A DNA stretch of 43,156 bases from a virus (lineage: Duplodnaviria > Heunggongvirae > Uroviricota > Caudoviricetes). The stretch lies in IMG/VR virus record IMGVR_UViG_2802429223_000002; one strand, written 5' to 3'. Made by a program: the position numbers and the translations under genes. Positions within the stretch are counted from its first letter, which is position 1; each line of letters starts with the position of its first letter. Shown in pieces: positions 37,745-43,156 of the stretch. The notes below the pieces were generated by a model. That model worked only from the letters and a program-made list of their open reading frames with translations, searched no databases and was not told the origin of the DNA.

Positions 37745-37800
37745 ATAAAGTTGTTGACAACATTCAAAACCACAACTAAATTACAACTTAAAGGTGTTAA
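37745..37800 (+). promoter_or_regulatory. OL/pL-like operator-promoter: -35 TTGACA inside 11-bp palindrome TGTTGACAACA, -10 TAAATT
   Basis: Palindrome 37752-37762; -35 37754-37759; 17-nt spacer; -10 37777-37782; operator half-sites AAGTTGT / ACAACTT shared with the OR region. Confidence 0.55.
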
Positions 37801-37898
37801 AACAACGAACAGGCAGGACGCCCACGAAGTAGCCGCCTAGGGCATATGAAGTCCAGGATGATTCGTTAGCAACAAAAAAGCGCCCTACAGGACGCTTA

Positions 37899-37910
37899 GC
37901 TCTTTAACAA
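37899..37910 (+). promoter_or_regulatory. boxA-like antitermination element (GCTCTTTAACAA)
   Basis: 12-nt match to the rrn-type boxA core, about 110 nt downstream of the pL-like promoter and 45 nt upstream of the first early-left gene. Confidence 0.45.
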
Positions 37911-37955
37911 TCTGGTCCCCATCAACAAGTAACTGATAACTTGAGGAGGTGTGAA

Positions 37956-38162
37956 ATGCACAAAACAGAACCAAAAATCGTCGCACCCGGATACACAAAT
38001 GAGGAAATTTACGAGTGGATGGCAAAGAAGCTGGCAGCTATAAACCAGCTTCGTGAAGTGCTGTCTTATCGACAGGAAACAATAGACTCCTTAAAAAAAC
38101 TGGATCAGGAAATCACGGTTTTATCACAGGATGTTACTTTAGATATTGTGCAGACAAATTAG
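37956..38162 (+). CDS. hypothetical small protein, first gene of early-left operon
   Basis: 68 aa from ATG 37956 with GAGGAGG SD 5 nt upstream; not Arg-rich, so not recognisably N-like. Confidence 0.5.
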   Translation: MHKTEPKIVAPGYTNEEIYEWMAKKLAAINQLREVLSYRQETIDSLKKLDQEITVLSQDVTLDIVQTN

Positions 38163-38568
38163 GATCCCATTCATTTTCGTCAAAATCATCAAAGTGATGA
38201 ATTTGTGATCTCCAGTCTCGATAATCTAAAAATTTCTGGGCGGTTACGCTTATTTTATCAAGCGTGAGTTCATCCTGAATTGAAAGAAGAAGTTCATCAA
38301 ATTTCATCTCATTAATCTGTTTTGGCATCCAGTGATGCTTCATCAGAATAAGGTGAACCAGAGCTTTTTTCCCATTCAACTGATTATAGGGAGTGCCGAA
38401 TTTCTTCCGGTGCTCATGTAAGACAAGGTCCAGAAGAGTAAGTAATGTTGCCCTTGATTCAACTTTGCTTATTTCGACTGATGACACTACCCCACTGATT
38501 TCAATGCCCCGATACTTTCCAACATTTTCACAGTGGGATTTGTACAGCGTATAGATATTACCGGACAT
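38134..38568 (-). CDS. hypothetical protein, antisense to the early-left operon (moron candidate)
   Basis: 144 aa, AAGGA SD before ATG 38568; AT-rich; own upstream region carries tandem direct repeats. Confidence 0.5.
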   Translation of the reverse strand: MSGNIYTLYKSHCENVGKYRGIEISGVVSSVEISKVESRATLLTLLDLVLHEHRKKFGTPYNQLNGKKALVHLILMKHHWMPKQINEMKFDELLLSIQDELTLDKISVTAQKFLDYRDWRSQIHHFDDFDENEWDPNLSAQYLK

Positions 38569-38584
38569 TTCTTTTCCTTTTGCG

Positions 38585-38635
38585 TTGTTGGGGATAACCA
38601 GATTAACCGAATCCTTGTTGTTGGGGAATAACCAG
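38585..38635. repeat. two direct repeats TTGTTGGGGA(A)TAACCAG, 33 bp apart
   Basis: Copies at 38585-38601 and 38618-38635, 20-70 nt upstream of the minus-strand gene start at 38568. Confidence 0.8.
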
Positions 38636-38854
38636 GTCCACCTCGCCTGATGTGGCTAAAAGCAGGCACATAACAGCTAAGTATTTTCAACCAGAGAGAA
38701 TTCTTAGCGTTGTGGTGAATGCGGCTCAGCGCACGCGGGTTAAGGTTGAGGCTGACAGTCGACCTTCTGTGGATACCCACCCGTCTGGTGTGCAACCTTC
38801 GCCAGGCACCGGGAGGCACCCGGCACCACAACTTTATGCTGTGTGTAGTCCTGG

Positions 38855-38899
38855 CGGTACCAGTTTGTACCCTTGCTTCCGGCTGGTACCGTCCTTTTT
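38855..38899 (+). terminator. terminator-like hairpin and T5 in early-left operon
   Basis: 9-bp stem CGGTACCAG / CTGGTACCG with 19-nt loop followed by TCCTTTTTA. Confidence 0.45.
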
Positions 38900-39020
38900 A
38901 CAAAACAGAGAAGAGCATCACCGGACGACGGGCTCATAACCCAATCCATCCGGGCGGCTACCACCGCAGGTGTTCTTCTCTGTTTTGTGGAGAAACTAAC
39001 CGCCCCTACGGGGGCATTTA
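38900..39020 (+). other. hairpin-dense non-coding stretch (15-bp perfect inverted repeat plus GC tetraloop hairpin); candidate structured RNA or regulatory site
   Basis: ACAAAACAGAGAAGA (38900-38914) pairs perfectly with TCTTCTCTGTTTTGT (38974-38988); GCCCC-TACG-GGGGC hairpin at 39002-39015; overlapping ORFs lack RBS. Confidence 0.4.
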
Positions 39021-39111
39021 TGGAAATGTAATTGACTCAATAATCGCCGGACGGTGAGGGCTTCCTTTTACCCGAATTCAGCGCGGTGCAGCGCATATAC
39101 GTGGAGAACAA

Positions 39112-39649
39112 AATGTCATTTATTAAAACTTTTTCCGGGAAGCATTTTTATTATGACAGGATAAATAAAGACGACATCGTTATTAACGATATCGCGGTTT
39201 CCCTTTCAAATATCTGTCGCTTTGCAGGACATCTTTCACACTTCTACAGTGTCGCCCAACATGCGGTGCTTTGCAGCCAGCTGGTGCCGCAGGAATTTGC
39301 TTTTGAAGCTTTAATGCATGATGCAACAGAAGCATATTGCCAGGACATCCCCGCACCACTGAAACGACTTCTTCCTGACTATAAACGGATGGAAGAAAAA
39401 ATAGACGCCGTAATCCGTGAGAAATACGGGTTACCTCCTGTTATGAGCACGCCAGTGAAATATGCCGATCTCATTATGCTGGCAACCGAACGCCGCGATC
39501 TCGGGCTTGATGATGGCTCTTTCTGGCCTGTACTGGAAGGTATCCCGGAAACAGAGATGTTCAAAGTGATTCCACAGGCACCGGGCCATGCCTACGGGAT
39601 GTTTATGGAACGTTTTAACGAGTTATCGGAGTTACGCAAATGCGCATGA
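39112..39649 (+). CDS. HD-domain phosphohydrolase
   Basis: H...HD metal-binding pattern (HLSHFYSVAQHAVLCSQLV ... ALMHDATEAY); ATG 39112 with GGAGA SD. Confidence 0.7.
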
Positions 39650-40005
39650 ATGTTTTCGAAATGGAAGGGTTTCTTCGTGGGAGATGTGTACCGCGAGATC
39701 TGAAAGTGAATGAAACAGATGCTGAATACCTGGTGCGTAAATTCGATGCGCTTGAAGCTAAATGTGCAGCACAGGAAAACAAAGTAATACCAGTGTCAAC
39801 TGAACTGCCACCAGCAAATGAAAGTGTTTTGTTATTCGATGCTAACGGAGAAGGCTGGCTAATTGGCTGGCGTTCTCTCTGGTACACCTGGGGACAAAAA
39901 GAAACCGGAGAATGGCAGTGGACATTTCAGGTCGGGGACCTTGAAAACGTCAATATCACTCACTGGGCAGTAATGCCAAAAGCACCGGAGGCTGGAGCAA
40001 AATGA
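39640..40005 (+). CDS. DUF551-like phage protein
   Basis: C-terminal Trp-rich segment (GWLIGWRSLWYTWGQKETGEWQW...ITHWAVMP) typical of DUF551 as recalled. Confidence 0.55.
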   Translation: MRMNVFEMEGFLRGRCVPRDLKVNETDAEYLVRKFDALEAKCAAQENKVIPVSTELPPANESVLLFDANGEGWLIGWRSLWYTWGQKETGEWQWTFQVGDLENVNITHWAVMPKAPEAGAK

Positions 40006-40307
40006 CCACTTTTACCGACAAAGAACTGATTAAAGAAATTAAAGAGCGTATCAGCAGTCTTGACGTGCGAGACGATATTGAGCGCCGTGCTTATGAAATC
40101 GCACTCCTATCTCTGGAAGTAGAACCAGATGAACGCGAAGCTTATGAATTATTCATGGAAAAGCGTTTCGGTGACTTAGTAGATCGTCGGAGAGCAAAAA
40201 ACGGCGATAACGAATACATGGCATGGGATATGACTCTCGGTTGGATCGTCTGGCAGCAACGAGCTGGTATCCATTTTTCAACAATGTCACAACAAGAGGT
40301 GAAATAA
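40002..40307 (+). CDS. hypothetical protein
   Basis: 101 aa; overlapping start/stop with flanking genes in the same operon. Confidence 0.5.
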   Translation: MTTFTDKELIKEIKERISSLDVRDDIERRAYEIALLSLEVEPDEREAYELFMEKRFGDLVDRRRAKNGDNEYMAWDMTLGWIVWQQRAGIHFSTMSQQEVK

Positions 40308-40657
40308 TGGAGCCATACAGCCTCACACTCGATGAGGCCTGTCATTTTCTCAAGATATCCAGACCGACTGCCATTAACTGGATACGCACAGGGCGTCTTC
40401 AGGCAACACGCAAAGATCCCACTAAGAATAAATCTCCTTACCTCACTACACGACAAGCCTGCATTGCGGCTCTTCAGTCTCCGCTGCATACTGTCCAGGT
40501 GAGCGCGGGTGATGGCATAACAGAGGAAAGAAAATGTCACTCTTCCGCAGAGGTGAAATATGGTACGCCAGTTTCACATTGCCGAACGGTAAAAGATTTA
40601 AACAGTCTCTTGGAACAAAGGACAAAAGGCAGGCGACAGAACTCCATGACAAGCTAA
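40307..40657 (+). CDS. xis: excisionase-like HTH protein (AlpA/Xis family)
   Basis: N-terminal [26 protein letters not shown]; TAATG overlap with upstream gene; ORF runs 124 nt into the int reading frame. Confidence 0.55.
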   Translation: MEPYSLTLDEACHFLKISRPTAINWIRTGRLQATRKDPTKNKSPYLTTRQACIAALQSPLHTVQVSAGDGITEERKCHSSAEVKYGTPVSHCRTVKDLNSLLEQRTKGRRQNSMTS

Positions 40658-41697
40658 AGGCTGAAGCATGGCGGGTCAGCAAACTTGGTGAAATACCTGA
40701 TATAACATTCGAGGAAGCGTGTGTCAGGTGGCTTGAAGAGAAAGCACATAAAAAATCACTGGACGATGACAAAAGCCGGATCGGATTCTGGCTTCAACAT
40801 TTCGCAGGAATGCAACTAAGAGACATTACTGAATCAAAAATTTATTCAGCAATGCAGAAAATGACGAACCGGCGTCATGAGGAAAACTGGAAACTCAGGG
40901 CAGAAGCATGCAGAAAAAAAGGGAAACCTGTTCCAGAATACACGCCAAAACCAGCGTCCGTTGCAACGAAGGCTACGCATCTTTCATTTATAAAGGCCCT
41001 ACTAAGAGCCGCAGAGCGTGAATGGAAAATGCTGGATAAGGCACCAATTATTAAAGTGCCTCAACCAAAGAATAAACGGATCCGCTGGCTGGAGCCCCAT
41101 GAAGCACAAAGGCTGATTGATGAATGTCCGGAGCCATTAAAGTCTGTTGTTGAATTTGCACTGGCAACAGGCTTAAGACGCTCGAACATCATCAACCTTG
41201 AATGGCAACAAATAGATATGCAGCGCCGGGTGGCATGGATAAACCCGGAAGAGAGTAAATCAAACCGCGCAATTGGCGTTGCGCTGAATGATACTGCATG
41301 TCGCGTATTGAAAAAACAAATCGGGAATCATCACCGTTGGGTATTTGTGTACAAGGAAAGCTGTACCAAACCAGACGGAACGAAAGCGCCAACAGTAAGG
41401 AAGATGCGGTATGACGCAAACACAGCCTGGAAAGCGGCGCTGAGACGGGCTGGTATTGATGATTTCAGATTTCACGACTTGAGACACACCTGGGCAAGTT
41501 GGCTGGTTCAAGCCGGAGTCCCGTTGTCAGTGTTACAGGAAATGGGAGGCTGGGAGTCTATCGAAATGGTTCGTCGATATGCTCACCTTGCACCTAATCA
41601 CCTTACCGAACACGCACGGCAAATAGACTCGATCCTGAACCCATCGGTCCCAAATTTGTCCCAGTCAAAAAATAAGGAAGGTACTAATGATGTGTAA
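40534..41697 (+). CDS. int: tyrosine integrase (P4-type, tRNA-targeting)
   Basis: [15 protein letters not shown]-terminus typical of P4-like integrases; C-terminal catalytic region [15 protein letters not shown]...VRRYAHL; ends 15 nt from the tRNA 3' end. Confidence 0.9.
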   Translation: MSLFRRGEIWYASFTLPNGKRFKQSLGTKDKRQATELHDKLKAEAWRVSKLGEIPDITFEEACVRWLEEKAHKKSLDDDKSRIGFWLQHFAGMQLRDITESKIYSAMQKMTNRRHEENWKLRAEACRKKGKPVPEYTPKPASVATKATHLSFIKALLRAAEREWKMLDKAPIIKVPQPKNKRIRWLEPHEAQRLIDECPEPLKSVVEFALATGLRRSNIINLEWQQIDMQRRVAWINPEESKSNRAIGVALNDTACRVLKKQIGNHHRWVFVYKESCTKPDGTKAPTVRKMRYDANTAWKAALRRAGIDDFRFHDLRHTWASWLVQAGVPLSVLQEMGGWESIEMVRRYAHLAPNHLTEHARQIDSILNPSVPNLSQSKNKEGTNDV

Positions 41698-41711
41698 CTT
41701 ATTGATTTAAA

Positions 41712-41787
41712 TGGTGCCGATAATAGGAGTCGAACCTACGACCTTCGCATTACGAATGCGCTGCTCTACCAACTGAGCTATATCGGC
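41712..41787 (-). tRNA. thrW: tRNA-Thr (anticodon CGU)
   Basis: Reverse complement reads GCCGATATAGCTCAGTTGGTAGAGCAGCGCATTCGTAATGCGAAGGTCGTAGGTTCGACTCCTATTATCGGCACCA: cloverleaf with CGT anticodon and 3' CCA; matches E. coli thrW as recalled. Confidence 0.95.
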
Positions 41788-41902
41788 CCTGAAAAGGACA
41801 TGTTCACGAACGTGAATCACGGTGGACAAGGTTAAAACTAACCGGGCGATGCGTCAATGGCCTTGTGAATCAAATGGCTACTTTTGCATCACCCGGTTTT
41901 AT

Positions 41903-43156
41903 TTACGCACGAACGGTGTAATCACCAATACCGATCCACTTGTAGGTGGTCAGCGCTTCCAGCCCCATTGGTCCGCGTGCGTGGAGTTTTTGCGTGCTTA
42001 CCGCCACTTCTGCGCCAAGACCAAACTGGCCGCCGTCGGTGAAACGTGTAGACGCGTTAACGTAAACAGCAGAGGAGTCCACTTCATTGACAAAACGCTG
42101 GGCATTGCGCATATCACGCGTCAGGATCGCATCGGAGTGTTGCGTCCCGTGTTCACGAATATGGGCGATGGCGTCGTCAAGATCGCTGACGATTTTGACG
42201 TTCAAATCTAACGACAGGAATTCATCGTCATACTCTTCCGCCTTAACAGCCACCACTTTCGCAGATCCTGCCTGCAACTGCGCCAGTGCCGCAGCATCGG
42301 CGTGTAACGTCACGCCGCTTTCCGCCATTTGCTTGCTTAACGCAGGCAGGAAGTTATCAGCGATGTTTTTATTCACCAGCAACGTTTCTACCGTATTGCA
42401 GGTACTCGGACGCTGGGTTTTCGCGTTGACGATCACTTTCAGGGCTGCAGAAATGTCAGCACTTTCATCAACGTAAATATGGCAGACGCCAATGCCGCCA
42501 GTGATCACCGGAATTGTCGACTGCTCGCGGCACAGCTTATGCAAACCAGCACCACCACGCGGGATCAGCATGTCGATGTATTTATCCATGCGCAGCATTT
42601 CACTCACCAGCGCGCGATCCGGATTATCAATCGCCTGCACTGCGCCTGCCGGTAAACCGCAGGATTTCAGGGCGTCCTGAATCACCGCTACCGTTGCAGC
42701 GTTAGTGCGACAGGTTTCTTTGCCGCCGCGCAGGATCACCGCGTTACCGGTTTTCAGACACAGCGAAGCGACATCAACTGTCACGTTCGGACGCGCTTCA
42801 TAAATTACACCTATAACACCCAGCGGCACGCGGCGACGCTCCAGACGCAGGCCGCTGTCCAGCACACCTCCATCAATCACCTGCCCTACCGGATCGGCAA
42901 GATTACACACCTGCCGCACATCGTCGGCAATGCCTTTCAGGCGCGCGGGCGTTAACGCCAGACGGTCAAGCATCGCTTCGCTAAGGCCATTGGCACGCGC
43001 GTCAGCAACATCCTGGGCGTTAGCATCGAGGATGCTTTCGCTCTGTGCTTCCAGCTCATCAGCGATCTTTTCCAGCACGCGATTTTTTTCGCGGCTGGAG
43101 AGTTGCGCTAATTTATACGAGGCTTGCTTCGCAGCAATGCCCATTTGTTCCAGCAT
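41903..43156 (-). CDS. proA: gamma-glutamyl phosphate reductase
   Basis: 417 aa, full length; starts [40 protein letters not shown], matching E. coli ProA as recalled; host gene flanking the prophage. Confidence 0.95.
   Translation of the reverse strand: MLEQMGIAAKQASYKLAQLSSREKNRVLEKIADELEAQSESILDANAQDVADARANGLSEAMLDRLALTPARLKGIADDVRQVCNLADPVGQVIDGGVLDSGLRLERRRVPLGVIGVIYEARPNVTVDVASLCLKTGNAVILRGGKETCRTNAATVAVIQDALKSCGLPAGAVQAIDNPDRALVSEMLRMDKYIDMLIPRGGAGLHKLCREQSTIPVITGGIGVCHIYVDESADISAALKVIVNAKTQRPSTCNTVETLLVNKNIADNFLPALSKQMAESGVTLHADAAALAQLQAGSAKVVAVKAEEYDDEFLSLDLNVKIVSDLDDAIAHIREHGTQHSDAILTRDMRNAQRFVNEVDSSAVYVNASTRFTDGGQFGLGAEVAVSTQKLHARGPMGLEALTTYKWIGIGDYTVRA

Noticed and set aside
37956-38162. 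N-type antiterminator as first gene of the early-left operon
   Set aside because: The product is acidic/neutral and lacks an Arg-rich RNA-binding motif, and no boxB hairpin follows the boxA-like element; not called as N.
38850-39020. Retron msr/msd-like ncRNA
   Set aside because: Long inverted repeats flanking a structured core resemble retron a1/a2 repeats, but no reverse transcriptase ORF is adjacent (the next gene is an HD-domain protein), so the retron hypothesis is not supported.
38652-39057. Overlapping ORFs on both strands (38652-38939, 38719-39057, 38740-38964, 38487-38831)
   Set aside because: No RBS, mutually overlapping, and they coincide with dense inverted repeats; more likely structured non-coding DNA/RNA than protein-coding.
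41840-41905. Long-loop hairpin (ACCGGGCGATGC ... GCATCACCCGGT) between thrW and proA as a terminator
   Set aside because: Stem is good but the loop is about 34 nt and one arm overlaps the proA stop region; could be the proA terminator but too uncertain to annotate.

Overview
This window is most of a lambda-like prophage (about 41.7 kb in view) integrated at the tRNA-Thr(CGU) gene beside host proA. The prophage's far end lies beyond position 1. All similarity calls are from reading the ORF translations and recalling known protein families; no database search was run. Reading right to left on the minus strand there is a complete lambda-type late region: terminase small and large subunits, W, portal, a fused protease-scaffold-capsid protein, head-tail joining genes, Z, U, V, G/G-T, tape measure, M, L, K, I, J, lom, stf and tfa. 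Upstream of it are a phage-21-type lysis cassette, a QuuD-type Q antiterminator, an early-right region (Cro-like, CII-like, O-like initiator with embedded iterons, RusA, KilA-N, DUF968), a cI-like repressor with operator repeats, and a plus-strand early-left operon ending in xis, a P4-type integrase and the tRNA. Several AT-rich accessory loci look like moron or defence-candidate cargo and are the main hunt results: (1) an HTH-XRE plus ImmA/IrrE metallopeptidase pair, divergent from a BRO-N gene and followed by a GIY-YIG nuclease-like gene flanked by duplicated terminator hairpins (1-3515); (2) a repeat-plus-BRCT-domain protein in the rexAB-equivalent slot between cI and OL (36800-37690); (3) a three-gene island between Q and the lysis genes, including a membrane protein with a K-channel-like motif and a C10 homopolymer tract (28676-30452); (4) an antisense gene and a hairpin-dense non-coding stretch inside the early-left operon (38134-39020). 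None of these could be assigned to a named defence system from sequence alone.
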